64,000 nucleotides of DNA from assembly GCA_963666115.2 (NCBI GenBank), contig CAXXET010000006.1:416001-480000 (forward strand). Direction: 5' to 3'. The first letter of the stretch is position 1; the number at the start of each line of letters is the position of its first letter. The stretch is from Dehalococcoidia bacterium (lineage in GTDB: Bacteria; Chloroflexota; Dehalococcoidia; UBA6926). The translations under genes and the position numbers were made by a program. This document shows, piece after piece, positions 38,000 through 48,731 of the stretch. A model generated the notes under the pieces. It did no database searches. It saw only the letters and a list, made by a program, of their open reading frames with translations, and was not told the origin of the DNA.

Positions 38000-39199
38000 A
38001 TGGCGAAGCAGAAGTTCGTGCGGAACAAGCCGCACCTCAACGTCGGGACCATTGGTCACGTCGACCATGGCAAGACCTCGCTCACCGCAGCGATCACCAA
38101 GGTGCTGAATCTCGCCGGCACAAGCGATTTTCGGCCCTTCGACTCCATCGACAATGCGCCGGAGGAGCGAGCGCGCGGCGTGACGATCAACATCGCGCAC
38201 GTCGAGTACGAAACCGCAGGCCGCCATTACGCGCATGTCGATTGCCCCGGCCACGCCGACTACATCAAGAACATGATCACCGGCGCGGCGCAGATGGACG
38301 GCGCAATCCTCGTTGTGAGCGCGCCGGACGGCCCCATGCCGCAGACGCGAGAGCACATCCTTCTCGCCCGGCAGGTGGAGGTTCCCCGCGTCGTCGTCTA
38401 CCTGAACAAGGTTGACATGATGGATGACGAGGAGCTTCTTGAGCTCGTCGAAATGGAAGTCCGCGAGCTGCTTTCCCGGTACGACTTCCCCGGCGACGAC
38501 ATCCCGTTCATCCGGGGAAGCGCGCTGCAGGCGCTGGAGAGCGACTCCACCGACGCGGGGGCGGACGAGTACGCCTCCATCCTCCAGTTGATGGAGGCGG
38601 TTGACTCCTACATCCCGGAGCCGGAGCGTCCCCGCGACCAGTCCTTCCTGATGCCCATCGAGGACGTGTTTGGCATCAAGGGCCGCGGCACCGTGGTCAC
38701 CGGCCGCGTGGAGCGCGGCATCATGAAGGTTGGCGAAGAGGTCGAGATCGTTGGCTTTGGCGAGCAGCGCAAGACCGTCGTCACCGGAATCGAGATGTTC
38801 CACAAGACCGTTGATGAGACGGAGCCCGGCGACGCCGTGGGGCTGTTGCTGCGCGGCATCGAACGCGATGACGTCGAACGCGGCCAGGTCGTCTCCCTGC
38901 CGAACTCCATTACGCCGCATACGCAGGCGGCGGCCCAGGTGTACGTTCTGACGCGAGATGAGGGCGGGCGGCACACCCCGTTCTTCGATGGCTATAAGCC
39001 GCAGTTCTACATCCGCACCACGGACGTGACAGGCTCCGCTCACCTGCCGGACGGCACGGAAATGGTGATGCCGGGAGACAACGTGGAGATGCGCATTGAG
39101 TTGATCACGCCCGTCGCGATGGAAGAGGGACTGCGGTTCGCCATCCGCGAGGGCGGCCGGACCGTCGGCTCCGGCGTGATCACCGGCATCATCCAGTAG
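38000..39199 (+). CDS. tuf: Elongation factor Tu
   Basis: [31 protein letters not shown]. Confidence 0.99.
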   Translation: MAKQKFVRNKPHLNVGTIGHVDHGKTSLTAAITKVLNLAGTSDFRPFDSIDNAPEERARGVTINIAHVEYETAGRHYAHVDCPGHADYIKNMITGAAQMDGAILVVSAPDGPMPQTREHILLARQVEVPRVVVYLNKVDMMDDEELLELVEMEVRELLSRYDFPGDDIPFIRGSALQALESDSTDAGADEYASILQLMEAVDSYIPEPERPRDQSFLMPIEDVFGIKGRGTVVTGRVERGIMKVGEEVEIVGFGEQRKTVVTGIEMFHKTVDETEPGDAVGLLLRGIERDDVERGQVVSLPNSITPHTQAAAQVYVLTRDEGGRHTPFFDGYKPQFYIRTTDVTGSAHLPDGTEMVMPGDNVEMRIELITPVAMEEGLRFAIREGGRTVGSGVITGIIQ

Positions 39200-39245
39200 G
39201 CGAACGGGATCAGGCGGAGAGACGCTCACGGCTACCGGGGCAACC

Positions 39246-39413
39246 ATGGCAAAGAAACAGGGAAACCGCATCGTGATCACCATGGCATGCGTGGAATGCC
39301 GTGAGCGCAATTACTCCTCCATGAAGAACCGCCGGAATGACACGCAGCGGATGGAACTCAACAAGTTCTGTCCGCGCTGTCACGGCCGGCGCCTGCACCG
39401 GGAAGTTCGGTAG
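39246..39413 (+). CDS. rpmG: 50S ribosomal protein L33 (Zn-binding C+ type; below the ORF-track cutoff)
   Basis: MAKKQGNRIVITMACVECRERNYSSMKNRRNDTQRMELNKFCPRCHGRRLHREVR. Confidence 0.96.
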   Translation: MAKKQGNRIVITMACVECRERNYSSMKNRRNDTQRMELNKFCPRCHGRRLHREVR

Positions 39414-39434
39414 GCGGACAGCCCGCAACATCCA

Positions 39435-39665
39435 ATGAGCACACGCACGCAAACCACAAGCCGGCGCCGCCCCACAGGTGGCGCCATCACGCGAATGCCC
39501 CGCGAGGTCATCACCGAGCTTCGGCGCGTGACCTGGCCCTCGCGGGAAGAGGCTGTTCGCCTCACCATCATGGTGCTGGTCGTTTCGGCAGTCGTGGGCC
39601 TCTTCCTCGGAGGAGTGGACTACGTCTTCAATTTCCTGATGACCGAGTTCATCATCGGCGTCTAA
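39435..39665 (+). CDS. secE: Preprotein translocase subunit SecE
   Basis: ELRRVTWPSREE followed by a TM helix. Confidence 0.94.
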   Translation: MSTRTQTTSRRRPTGGAITRMPREVITELRRVTWPSREEAVRLTIMVLVVSAVVGLFLGGVDYVFNFLMTEFIIGV

Positions 39666-39688
39666 ACGGCAATTCGGACTGGCAAGCG

Positions 39689-40252
39689 ATGACAACCCAG
39701 AGCGACGTTCTCGGCGACGAGGAGAAGACCCGGTGGTACGTGGTTCACACGTACTCCGGACAGGAGGACCGCGTCCAACGCAACCTGGAGAACCGCATCG
39801 ACTCGCTGGACGTAAGGGACAAGGTCTACAGCGTCGTTGTTCCTACTGAAGACGAGATCGAGATACGATCCGGCCAGAAGCGCACTGTGACGCGCAAGGT
39901 ATTCCCCGGCTACATCCTCGTCGAGATGATGATGGACGACGACACGTGGCGGGTGGTCCGGGAAACCCCTGGCGTCACCGGTTTCGTGAGCAGTGGCGAT
40001 CCGCCGCGGCCGGTTCCGCTGGATGAGAACGAAGTGCGGGGCATCCTCGACCAGATGGAGCAAGAGGCGCCGCGCGTTCGCGTGGGGTATCAGAAGGGGC
40101 AGAGCGTCCGCATTACGGACGGCCCGTTCCTGGACTTCATCGGCACGGTTGAGGAAGTCAGCCCGGATCGCGGCAAGGTCGTCGTGATGGTTTCGTTCTT
40201 CGGACGCGAGACGCCCGTGGAACTGGACTTCCTGCAAATCGAGAAACTGTAG
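39689..40252 (+). CDS. nusG: Transcription factor NusG
   Basis: [39 protein letters not shown]. Confidence 0.97.
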   Translation: MTTQSDVLGDEEKTRWYVVHTYSGQEDRVQRNLENRIDSLDVRDKVYSVVVPTEDEIEIRSGQKRTVTRKVFPGYILVEMMMDDDTWRVVRETPGVTGFVSSGDPPRPVPLDENEVRGILDQMEQEAPRVRVGYQKGQSVRITDGPFLDFIGTVEEVSPDRGKVVVMVSFFGRETPVELDFLQIEKL

Positions 40253-40269
40253 CGGAGCGGCAAGAAAGA

Positions 40270-40695
40270 ATGGCACGCAAAGTACGGTCGGTCGTGCGTC
40301 TGCAAATCCAGGCGGGCAAGGCAACGCCTGCGCCGCCCGTCGGCACGGCCCTTGGCCCCCATGGCGTGAACATCATGGGGTTCGTCAAGGAGTACAACGC
40401 GCGGACGGCGGACCAGACCGGCAATATCATCCCCGTTGACATCACGATCTATGAGGATCGGTCATTCACGTTCGTCACGAAAACGCCGCCCGCGTCCGAT
40501 CTCCTGCGCAAGGCCGCCGGCATCGAAAAGGGCAGTTCGGACGTGCGGACGGAACGCGTCGCGACGGTCACCCGGAACCAGGTGCGGGAGATCGCGCAGT
40601 TGAAGTTGGCGGATCTGAACACGGACAATGTTGAGGCCGCGATGCAGATGGTGATGGGCTCTGCCCGCAGCATGGGCATCGACATAAGCGACTAG
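40270..40695 (+). CDS. rplK: 50S ribosomal protein L11
   Basis: [21 protein letters not shown]. Confidence 0.98.
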   Translation: MARKVRSVVRLQIQAGKATPAPPVGTALGPHGVNIMGFVKEYNARTADQTGNIIPVDITIYEDRSFTFVTKTPPASDLLRKAAGIEKGSSDVRTERVATVTRNQVREIAQLKLADLNTDNVEAAMQMVMGSARSMGIDISD

Positions 40696-40713
40696 GGCAC
40701 GGATAATCGACAC

Positions 40714-41430
40714 ATGCCAAAGCACAGCAAGCGATACGACCAGGCTGCCGAATCGGTTGAGCATCTGGCTTTCTATGAGCCGGATGCCGCGATAGGCCTC
40801 GTCAAGGACTCCGCCACCGCGAAATTCGATGAGACGGTGGAGATTCATATTCGTCTCAATGTTGATCCCCGCCAGGCGGACCAGCAGGTGCGCGGTGTCG
40901 CCCTGCTGCCGCACGGGCTTGGCAAGACAGTCCGCGTCCTCGTGTTCGCGCAGGGGGAGGGCGAGCGGCTCGCTACCGAAGCCGGGGCCGACTTTGTCGG
41001 TTCCGACGACCTCATTGAACGAATCGAGGGCGGGTGGACGGATTTTGACGTTGCGCTTGCGACGCCGGACATCATGGGCCGCATTGGGCGATTGGGGCGC
41101 GTTCTCGGACGCAAAGGTCTCATGCCGAGCCCGCGGGGAAACACCGTGGTGCAGCCGCAGGACCTGCCGCGCGCCATTGATGAGGCTCGCAAGGGGCGTG
41201 TCGAATTCCGCCTTGACCGCACCGGCATTATCCACAGCCCCATCGGAAAGGCCAGTTTCGAGCCAGAGAGCTTGAAGGGCAATATGGCCGCCCTGGTGAG
41301 CGCCATCACGCAGGCGCGCCCGGAGGCCATTCGCGGCCAGTTCATCCGCAGTGTGAGCGTATCCAGTTCAATGGGGCCCGGTGTACGGATTGATCCGATT
41401 GCGGCGGGCGCCCTTCAACCCGTTGACTAG
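40714..41430 (+). CDS. rplA: 50S ribosomal protein L1
   Basis: KFDETVE, DQQVRG, LPHGLGK, GLMPSP, SSSMGPG. Confidence 0.98.
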   Translation: MPKHSKRYDQAAESVEHLAFYEPDAAIGLVKDSATAKFDETVEIHIRLNVDPRQADQQVRGVALLPHGLGKTVRVLVFAQGEGERLATEAGADFVGSDDLIERIEGGWTDFDVALATPDIMGRIGRLGRVLGRKGLMPSPRGNTVVQPQDLPRAIDEARKGRVEFRLDRTGIIHSPIGKASFEPESLKGNMAALVSAITQARPEAIRGQFIRSVSVSSSMGPGVRIDPIAAGALQPVD

Positions 41431-41454
41431 CAGATGTAATCGAAAGACGACAAA

Positions 41455-41985
41455 ATGCCGGCAGCCAAGAAGATCGAACAGGTTCAGGAACTCACCGAGT
41501 TCCTTGATGGCGCGTCGCTCATTATCGGCGCGGGCCACTCCGGGCTGTCCGTGCAGGAGATGGAAGGGCTTCGCCGGGCCCTGCGCGTCAATGATACGCG
41601 CTACCGCATCGTCAAGAACCGCCTCGCATTGCGGGCGGCTGAGTCCCTGGGGTACGGCGACGAAATCGGCAGCCTGTTGGACGGTTCTGTAGGCCTGATC
41701 GTCACGCGAGAAGACCCGATTCCCGTCATCCAGGCGCTCACCACGCACGTCCGCGCGAACCGGTTGCAGCTGCGGGTCACGAATGCGGTGCTGGAGAGCA
41801 GGGTCATCGCGCCGCCGCAGCTTGAGCGGCTGGCATCGCTGCCGCCGCGAGAAGTGTTGCTTGCGCAGGTGATGGGCGCGATGAACGGCGTGAGCCAGCG
41901 GCTGGTCAGTGTCTTGCATGCCCACCTGGGCAGTATCGTGAATGTCCTTGATCAGAGACGCAGACAACTGGAGGAGAGGAGCTAA
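41455..41985 (+). CDS. rplJ: 50S ribosomal protein L10
   Basis: [25 protein letters not shown]; synteny. Confidence 0.92.
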   Translation: MPAAKKIEQVQELTEFLDGASLIIGAGHSGLSVQEMEGLRRALRVNDTRYRIVKNRLALRAAESLGYGDEIGSLLDGSVGLIVTREDPIPVIQALTTHVRANRLQLRVTNAVLESRVIAPPQLERLASLPPREVLLAQVMGAMNGVSQRLVSVLHAHLGSIVNVLDQRRRQLEERS

Positions 41986-41989
41986 CACA

Positions 41990-42382
41990 ATGACGACAAA
42001 GGATGAGATTGTTGCGGCAATCGAGGGGATGTCCGTCCTCGATCTGGCCGATCTGGTGAAGGAGCTTGAAGAGCGGCTCGGCGTGACCGCCGCTGCGCCT
42101 GTCGCCGTTGCGGCTGCTCCGGCAACGGGCGGCGGGGATGCTGCGGCAGCCCCTGCAGAGGAAGAGCAGTTCGAGTTCACCGTCACCTTGAAGGACATCG
42201 GCCCCAACAAGATCGAGGTCATCAAGGCCGTCAGGGAGTTGGTGCCCGGCCTCGGCCTCAAGGAGGCGAAGGAGCTGGTGGAGTCCGCGCCTGCGGCCAT
42301 CAAGGAGAACGTGGCGAAGGACGAGACCGACACGATCAAGTCCAAGCTTGAGGGCGTCGGAGCAGCCGTCGACATCACCTAA
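41990..42382 (+). CDS. rplL: 50S ribosomal protein L7/L12
   Basis: [36 protein letters not shown]. Confidence 0.98.
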   Translation: MTTKDEIVAAIEGMSVLDLADLVKELEERLGVTAAAPVAVAAAPATGGGDAAAAPAEEEQFEFTVTLKDIGPNKIEVIKAVRELVPGLGLKEAKELVESAPAAIKENVAKDETDTIKSKLEGVGAAVDIT

Positions 42383-42414
42383 GCCCTCTTGGCTCAGATG
42401 TGCTACACTGAGCC

Positions 42415-43158
42415 ATGGCTACCACAAACGGCCGCTATGAGCCGCCCGCAACCGGTTCAGACTACCTCCTGATCCGTGACGTGCCGTCCGATGAAAGGCC
42501 GCGCGAACGCCTGCGAGACCGGGGCGCGCAGGCGCTGAGCAACTCCGAATTGCTTGCGATTCTTCTCCGTGTCGGCAGGCAAAATGAGAGCGTCGTTACC
42601 ATGTCAACACGACTGTTGCGCGACCTTGGCGGAGTCAAGGGCCTGCACCAATCGACGTTTGACGAACTGGCGCGCCAGCCCGGCATGGCCGTCGCAAAGA
42701 CCGCGCAGATCAAGGCCGCGCTGGAACTCGGGCGGCGGCTCCAGGTGGAGTCGCCGGAGCAGCGTCCCATCATCTCCGGGCCGGAGGATGTCTATAAACT
42801 GGTCGGTGCGGACATGGTCTTCCTGGACCATGAGGAACTGCGCGTTCTCGTGCTGGACACGAAGAACCACGTCGTGCATATGGAGAGCCTGTATCGCGGA
42901 ACGGTCAACTCATCTCACCTGAGAACGGCGGAGGTGTTCCGGGAGGCGGTGCGGCGCAACCAACCCAACGTCATTGTCGTCCATAACCATCCGTCGGGAG
43001 ACCCCACGCCGAGCGCAGACGATGAGCGCACCACGCGCCATCTTATTGCCGCAGGCAAGGCGCTGGAGATTCAACTGCTCGATCATGTTGTCGTTGCTCA
43101 CAGCGAGGGAGCCCGCTTTGTGAGCATGAAGAATATGCGGCTGGGATTTGACTCCTAG
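42415..43158 (+). CDS. radC: RadC family JAB-domain protein
   Basis: ERPRERL, ELLAILL, HNHPSGDPTPSADD, LLDHVVV. Confidence 0.95.
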   Translation: MATTNGRYEPPATGSDYLLIRDVPSDERPRERLRDRGAQALSNSELLAILLRVGRQNESVVTMSTRLLRDLGGVKGLHQSTFDELARQPGMAVAKTAQIKAALELGRRLQVESPEQRPIISGPEDVYKLVGADMVFLDHEELRVLVLDTKNHVVHMESLYRGTVNSSHLRTAEVFREAVRRNQPNVIVVHNHPSGDPTPSADDERTTRHLIAAGKALEIQLLDHVVVAHSEGARFVSMKNMRLGFDS

Positions 43159-44429
43159 CGGGAAATGATGCTGCGAATACTGGCCAGGATTCGTCCCGGC
43201 GTTCGCAGCCGCGCCCCGTTGCCATTCGCCATTGTGGGGTCGTTTCCATCCTGGACGGGTATGGCCGGTGATTCGACTCCCTCCTCGTCCGCTGCGGCCT
43301 CTTCCGTTCCGTTTTCCTGGGCCTGTCTCAATTCGCCCCACGCGAAGATCAGGGAGTAGATGAAGCCGGCGACCGGAACGCCGAGCATGGCGCCCCACGG
43401 GCCCGCGAATCGCGTGCCGATGACGACCGCGAGCAGCACGAAGAAGCCGGGCATTCGAACGGCCTTGCCGTAAACACGCGGCAGGACAAAATTGTTCATG
43501 AAGAGGCTCCACGAGACGAGGGCGACTGCCACGATGATTGCCGTGGTGACCGATCCGGTCAGCAGCGCAATCGTGATTGGAATGCCGATGGCGGCAACTT
43601 CACCGATGATCGGAACCAGTTGAACGAGGCCCGCCGTGATTCCGATGGGCAGCGCAAAGGGCAGCCCCGCGGCCAGCATCGTCACCGTGATCGCCGCGGA
43701 GTAGAGCACGACAACGATTGAGATACCCTTCAGATACGAGAAGAACGTCCTGTCCAGGTGCCCCAGCACCATTGACGCGCGTTCATGGTATTCCGCCGGC
43801 AGGAGCCTGTAGAACAGGGCGCTAAGCTGCTCTCGCTCGATGGTCATGTAGAACGACAGCGAGATGCAGAAGATCGTCTGGATCAGAATGTTCGTCGTGC
43901 TGCCCACAATTCCCAGGGCGTTGTCCTGGACCCACGTGCTGGCGGTTGCGCTCAGCGCGAGCAAGGGATCTTCGGTGGTCGTTGTTTCCTGGACGCCGCC
44001 CCCCGCCGTCCGCAGGGAATCGAAGAACTCATTGACCGACGACATGAAGCCGGAAAGCCTGACGGCAAAGTCGGGGAGGTCGCGGGAGAGGCTGATCGTC
44101 TGGGAGATGGTAAGCGGCACGAGGAGCGCGATCAGGGCAACCACCGGAAGCAATATGATGAGGTACGCGATGGGCACTGCGGCCCAGGGCGGGCGCGGGA
44201 CGTAGGTTCCAACGAGGTTCGCCAGGCGGCGCACCGCTGCGGACAGGATCCATGCGAGGAAGATGAGGATGAGGACGTCAAACAGGACGCTGAACAGGTC
44301 GGATATGCCCTGGATGAGGTACACACCTGCCGCAAGCGTGACAAAGGCGATGGCCAACCGTAGCCCAACCGATCCCAGGAGGCTGTTGCCCAATTGCTCG
44401 CCCCGATTCTCAGATGATCGCCGCCTCAA
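43155..44429 (-). CDS. AI-2E (PerM) family transporter
   Basis: Multiple TM helices; VPIIG, LPRVYG, G.WGAMLGVPVA. Confidence 0.85.
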   Translation of the reverse strand: MRRRSSENRGEQLGNSLLGSVGLRLAIAFVTLAAGVYLIQGISDLFSVLFDVLILIFLAWILSAAVRRLANLVGTYVPRPPWAAVPIAYLIILLPVVALIALLVPLTISQTISLSRDLPDFAVRLSGFMSSVNEFFDSLRTAGGGVQETTTTEDPLLALSATASTWVQDNALGIVGSTTNILIQTIFCISLSFYMTIEREQLSALFYRLLPAEYHERASMVLGHLDRTFFSYLKGISIVVVLYSAAITVTMLAAGLPFALPIGITAGLVQLVPIIGEVAAIGIPITIALLTGSVTTAIIVAVALVSWSLFMNNFVLPRVYGKAVRMPGFFVLLAVVIGTRFAGPWGAMLGVPVAGFIYSLIFAWGELRQAQENGTEEAAADEEGVESPAIPVQDGNDPTMANGNGARLRTPGRILASIRSIISR

Positions 44430-44547
44430 TCGCCGTTACACGTCATTCTACTCTATTCGTCCAAAGCCCCTTGTGCGCTACGCTTAGAGGCGGACTGTCT
44501 CAAACGAACGATGCGCTGCACACAGCGACTGTGGAGGAACTAACCGG

Positions 44548-45216
44548 ATGAACGATGTCATGTTGCTGGTGGGCGTCCTGATTGGGGCTTACCTGGCAGG
44601 GTCTCTTCCAACGTCCGTCATCATGTCGCGGCTGGTCGCCGGCGTTGACGTGCGTGACCTGGGAACCGGCAATGCCGGGGCGGCCAACGTGTTTCGGGAG
44701 ATCGATCCCCGCGTCGGCGTCTTTGTCGCCGTCGTTGACATCCTCAAGGGGCTCCTGCCGGTGCTGATTGCCGATCGCGTTCTTGATCTTGGCCCGGCGG
44801 GAGGGGTGATTGCGGCGGCCGGCGCGCTGTGGGGGCACCAGTACTCCGTGTTCCTGAAGTTCAGGGGCGGGGCCGGTCTGGCCTCTGCATTTGGCGGTAT
44901 ATGCGGACTCATGCTGGGCCCGGCCGCGGCGGCGGGCTGCGTGGGATTCCCCATGCTGCTCGTGACGAAGAACATGGGGTGGACGGGCGGCGTCACAATC
45001 GCCATCGCATTCGGCATCACCGCGGTTTCAGTCTTTACGGACATCCAACTGCCCGCCCTGATAGCGATGGAAGACGCCGGGTATCTGTATGGCGGATTCC
45101 TTATTGGTCTCCTTCTTGCGCTTCCCTTCTGGCTGCGGATGCTCTTCGCGCTTCGCGCCGCTCGCGGCGAAGACGCCGGACGCGATGCCTCGTCGACCAC
45201 GGAGGACCAAAGATGA
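44548..45216 (+). CDS. plsY: Glycerol-3-phosphate acyltransferase PlsY
   Basis: YLAGSLP, GTGNAGAANV, DILKG, GHQYSVFLKFRGG. Confidence 0.9.
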   Translation: MNDVMLLVGVLIGAYLAGSLPTSVIMSRLVAGVDVRDLGTGNAGAANVFREIDPRVGVFVAVVDILKGLLPVLIADRVLDLGPAGGVIAAAGALWGHQYSVFLKFRGGAGLASAFGGICGLMLGPAAAAGCVGFPMLLVTKNMGWTGGVTIAIAFGITAVSVFTDIQLPALIAMEDAGYLYGGFLIGLLLALPFWLRMLFALRAARGEDAGRDASSTTEDQR

Positions 45217-46141
45217 TCAGGGTGCCGATGGCGATGATGATCGGCGGGATGAAGAATCCCGCGTGGATGATGATGCCGAACGCCAGCGCGGCCTCCTTGT
45301 CCACGCCGTAGAATCCCAGGAAAGCGACTGCCGCCGCCTCAAACGGGCCGATGCCGGACGGCAGGCCGGGCAGAAATGAGGCCAGCGTCATTGTTCCCAG
45401 CACGACGACGTAGATGATGACGTAGACCTCAAAGACGTTCTCCGAATTATTGGGGGCGAGCCCCTTGCTAAACGCGACGAGGTACGCGGCGAGGCCCAGG
45501 GTCATCCACGTCGCCAGCGTGATGCCCATGACGGATGCCAGCTTCCTGGGTTGGGCGATGAGCTCCTGCCATGCCGCCGAATACGTTCTCACAATGGGGA
45601 ATCGATCAAACCACGTGATCTTGTCCGTATAGAGGGACAGCACCGCAACGGCGACGAGGAGTCCGACCAGCAGGAGAATGATGATGCTCAGGTATGACGC
45701 TCCCTCCGGCGCGAAGATGATGAATCCGACCGCGAGGCTTCCCAGGGTAACCGCGAGGTCCGACACGCGCCCCAGGACAATTGATGCGAGGGCAACACCC
45801 CTGTCGTACCCCTCCCGCAGCGCGATGTAGCCGAACTGAATGGGTTCAGCGACGACCCGAATTGGCGCGAGGTTGTTCATGCCCTGGCCGGTGTTCTCCA
45901 CGAAGAACAGCAGCGTGGCCGTGGGCGCGCGGCCATGGAAGAGCATTTTCCACCTGAATGCCCGGATGGCGTTACTGGCAACGACGACGCCCATCACGGG
46001 AATCAGCAGGTACCAATTGAACTCCGAGAGCTGGGTCATCAACTCGGCCCACTGGACTTCACGGACGACGATATAGGCAACCCCAATTCCGAGGGCCACT
46101 CCAATCAGGATTCGCCCGTAAAGCCATATTTGTCTCGGCAT
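45101..46141 (-). CDS. Lysylphosphatidylglycerol-synthase-TM (UPF0104, flippase-like) membrane protein
   Basis: RAFRW, NNLAPIR, R..DL, PGLPSGIGPFE. Confidence 0.82.
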   Translation of the reverse strand: MPRQIWLYGRILIGVALGIGVAYIVVREVQWAELMTQLSEFNWYLLIPVMGVVVASNAIRAFRWKMLFHGRAPTATLLFFVENTGQGMNNLAPIRVVAEPIQFGYIALREGYDRGVALASIVLGRVSDLAVTLGSLAVGFIIFAPEGASYLSIIILLLVGLLVAVAVLSLYTDKITWFDRFPIVRTYSAAWQELIAQPRKLASVMGITLATWMTLGLAAYLVAFSKGLAPNNSENVFEVYVIIYVVVLGTMTLASFLPGLPSGIGPFEAAAVAFLGFYGVDKEAALAFGIIIHAGFFIPPIIIAIGTLIIFGPPWSTRHRVRRLRRERREARRASAARREAQEGDQ

Positions 46142-46174
46142 CTCTGGTTCCTGTGCCTATCGCCGCGTCTGACG

Positions 46175-47314
46175 TCACAGTGCGCCGCTGGTGGTTGACC
46201 GCAGCCGGTTCCCCTCTTCCTCCGGCACGCCGCGGAGCCGCGCGTACGAGGACTGGGAACCGTCGGACGTCTGCTGGTGTGACGGCCTCATGGAACGGGC
46301 TGCTTCCGCCAGGAGTTCCACGCCTCCCAGGAAATCGCTGACGGCGATGTTTTCAGCTTGAATGGAATCTTCTCCAAACCCGTTGTGGTAGTGGGCAAGG
46401 GGAAACGCGACGCCGGTGGATTCGTAGCCGTGCGCGATAAAGGCCGATGCCTCGCAGACGCCGCCGGACATGAGTTGGCGTTGGATCGGAATGGGCGGTT
46501 CCTTGGCCTGGAGGGTTGCCCGCGCGGTTTGCAGAATCTGTTCGGCGGATTGGGAGAAGGTGGAGAGGGCGTCGCCGACGCGGATGACGGGGCCGCCTCC
46601 CTGTACCGCGCCGGGGAGCGTCCTTGAGGATTCTATGGAAATGACGATCGTTTCCTTCGGCAGCCCGCCATTGGCGGCCATCATGCGGGCTCCAATGAGG
46701 CCTTCCTCTTCTGCGCGTGTGAAGACGCCGATGACATCAACTGAATCATTCTCGGCGGCGAGCGTTTCCATGACGCTCAGGGTTGAGGCGCAACCCGCGA
46801 GATCGTCGAGGGCACGCGCATGAACCCTATCGCCGCGTATTTCACAATCCACGAGATCAAAGACGGCAAAAGCGGGCAAAATGAGCTCGTTCTGCTGCGT
46901 TAGGTCCGCGTAGAGGGTGCGCGCCTCCGGGTCGCCGTCCCGTCCGGTTGTTTGGGCGCTGCATGAAGAACCGTCGGCGCAGTGGACAACCAGATCGATC
47001 TGCTGCTCGTAGACGATGTCCGAGACGCGGCCGCGCATTTTCAGCGCGAGGCGCCGGCCGTCAACCCCGATCACTTCGAATCCCGGGTGGTCCATGTGGG
47101 CGACGAGGGCGACGGGGCGGGGCGGCGTTGCCCCTGCCGTGTCGGGCCGCGTGAGGCGGGCGATGATGTTGCCGTACTCATCCTGCTCCCAGGGAAGTGC
47201 GGCGTCTGTGAGGATTGCCTGGACCTCGCGGGCGACCTTGTCTTCGAAGTAGGATATGGCGGGCTGCCGGCAAAGCGTTGCCAGGATCTCCAGGGGACGA
47301 GGGATGTCCTGCAT
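46175..47314 (-). CDS. M20/M28/M42-type metallopeptidase
   Basis: AHMDHPG, RALDDLAG, RAEEEG, GGVCEA. Confidence 0.82.
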   Translation of the reverse strand: MQDIPRPLEILATLCRQPAISYFEDKVAREVQAILTDAALPWEQDEYGNIIARLTRPDTAGATPPRPVALVAHMDHPGFEVIGVDGRRLALKMRGRVSDIVYEQQIDLVVHCADGSSCSAQTTGRDGDPEARTLYADLTQQNELILPAFAVFDLVDCEIRGDRVHARALDDLAGCASTLSVMETLAAENDSVDVIGVFTRAEEEGLIGARMMAANGGLPKETIVISIESSRTLPGAVQGGGPVIRVGDALSTFSQSAEQILQTARATLQAKEPPIPIQRQLMSGGVCEASAFIAHGYESTGVAFPLAHYHNGFGEDSIQAENIAVSDFLGGVELLAEAARSMRPSHQQTSDGSQSSYARLRGVPEEEGNRLRSTTSGAL

Positions 47315-47468
47315 GTGTACCCGGCTCCAAGTCGGAAAATCAGTTCGTTGCGGCACTCTAACTGTAAACCGATTCGTCTTGCATTTCACCTTTGGCCGCG
47401 TTCCCGGCCGCGATCTGCTTTCCTCACGCTCGCCCGGAGCGTTCTAGTGATTGAGAGCCTGGAGGGCA

Positions 47469-47496
47469 TTGACAACCGCGCCAGCAGGTCTATGCT
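47469..47496 (+). promoter_or_regulatory. Sigma70-type promoter for the sigma factor gene
   Basis: TTGACA-16 nt-TATGCT. Confidence 0.55.
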
Positions 47497-47585
47497 GTTA
47501 GCCAATCCCTTTGGGGGATCCGGGAGGCGGTGTCTGGTTTTGGCGGGCGTGAGATCGGTCGGAACCAAGGCAAGGAGGCGCGACG

Positions 47586-48614
47586 ATGACGGCGATAACG
47601 GACGAGACCCGCTTGGGCGTCCTGGACATCGACGATGCGCAGGATGAGGCGGCGGACCCCAGGGACACGGCGCGGGCCGATGAGTTCGACAGCGGTTCCA
47701 CGGAGAACCTGAACGATCCCCTGCGGGGGTATCTGCAGGACATTGGCCGCCGCAAGCTTTTGACGCCCCGGCAGGAGTCGGAGCTTGGGATGCTCATGGA
47801 TGAGGGGCGCCGCGCGTCCAGGCGCCTCAGCGGCGGGGACACGATCTCCGCAGCGGAGCGGCGCGATCTGACGCAGGCCGTCAAGAAGGGCGAAGAGGCC
47901 CGCGAGTCCATGGCCGAAGCCAACCTGCGCCTCGTCGTGAGCATCGCGAAGCGGTACCAGGGCAGGGGGCTGTCGCTGTTCGACCTGATCCAGGAGGGCA
48001 ACATCGGCCTGCTGAAGGCGGTTGACCGGTTCGACCATAGCCGCGGGTTCCGTTTCTCGACGTACGCGACGTGGTGGATCCGGCAGGCGATTGCCCGCGG
48101 CGTGTCCGAGCAGGGGAGCAGCATCCGCTTGCCGGTGCACGTGGGCGAGTTGTCCGCGAAGGTTGACCGCGCGCGCCATCGGCTGCTCCAGAAGTTTGGG
48201 CGCGAGGCGACCCCGGAAGAGCTGGCGGCGGAGACGGAACTGCCGCTGGAGAAGGTTGAGCAGTTGATTTCGCTGATCCAACAGCCCGCGTCCATCGACG
48301 CGCCGGTCGGCGAGGATGGGGCGACGCTGGCGGACTTCGTGGCGCAGGACGAGATGGAGTCGCCTATCGACGCGGCGGCGCAGACGATGTTGCGCGAGCG
48401 CATGGCGTCGGTGCTGGCGTCGCTGTCGCAGCGCGAGCGGCTTGTGCTGGAGCTGCGGTTCGGGATCACGGACGGCAAGGAGCACACGCTGCGTGAGATC
48501 GGCGACATGCTGAACCTGACGCGGGAGCGCGTGCGCCAGATCCAGGCCGCCGCCATGAAGAACCTGCGCCTACAGCGCAACCGCGAGCGCCTCGAGGGCT
48601 ACATCGAAGACTAG
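47586..48614 (+). CDS. RpoD/SigA-family sigma70 factor lacking region 1.1
   Basis: ANLRLVVSIAKRY, DLIQEGNIGL, FSTYATWWIRQAI, LTRERVRQI. Confidence 0.93.
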   Translation: MTAITDETRLGVLDIDDAQDEAADPRDTARADEFDSGSTENLNDPLRGYLQDIGRRKLLTPRQESELGMLMDEGRRASRRLSGGDTISAAERRDLTQAVKKGEEARESMAEANLRLVVSIAKRYQGRGLSLFDLIQEGNIGLLKAVDRFDHSRGFRFSTYATWWIRQAIARGVSEQGSSIRLPVHVGELSAKVDRARHRLLQKFGREATPEELAAETELPLEKVEQLISLIQQPASIDAPVGEDGATLADFVAQDEMESPIDAAAQTMLRERMASVLASLSQRERLVLELRFGITDGKEHTLREIGDMLNLTRERVRQIQAAAMKNLRLQRNRERLEGYIED

Positions 48615-48640
48615 CTACCCCGGTAGACTAAGAGCGTAAG

Positions 48641-48678
48641 AAAGGCGGGGCGCCCTCCCAAGAGGGTGCCCCGCCTTT
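48641..48678 (+). terminator. Intrinsic terminator, possibly bidirectional
   Basis: AAAGGCGGGGCGCCCTC-CCAA-GAGGGTGCCCCGCCTTT. Confidence 0.8.
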
Positions 48679-48731
48679 AGAATGACAGTTGACGTGCAGG
48701 GGCGGGGGATGACGGTGCTATGCTTGGATAG

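Noticed and set aside
47497-47585. Possible riboswitch in the sigma factor 5' UTR
   Set aside because: Only a short hairpin; no aptamer consensus that I can recognise
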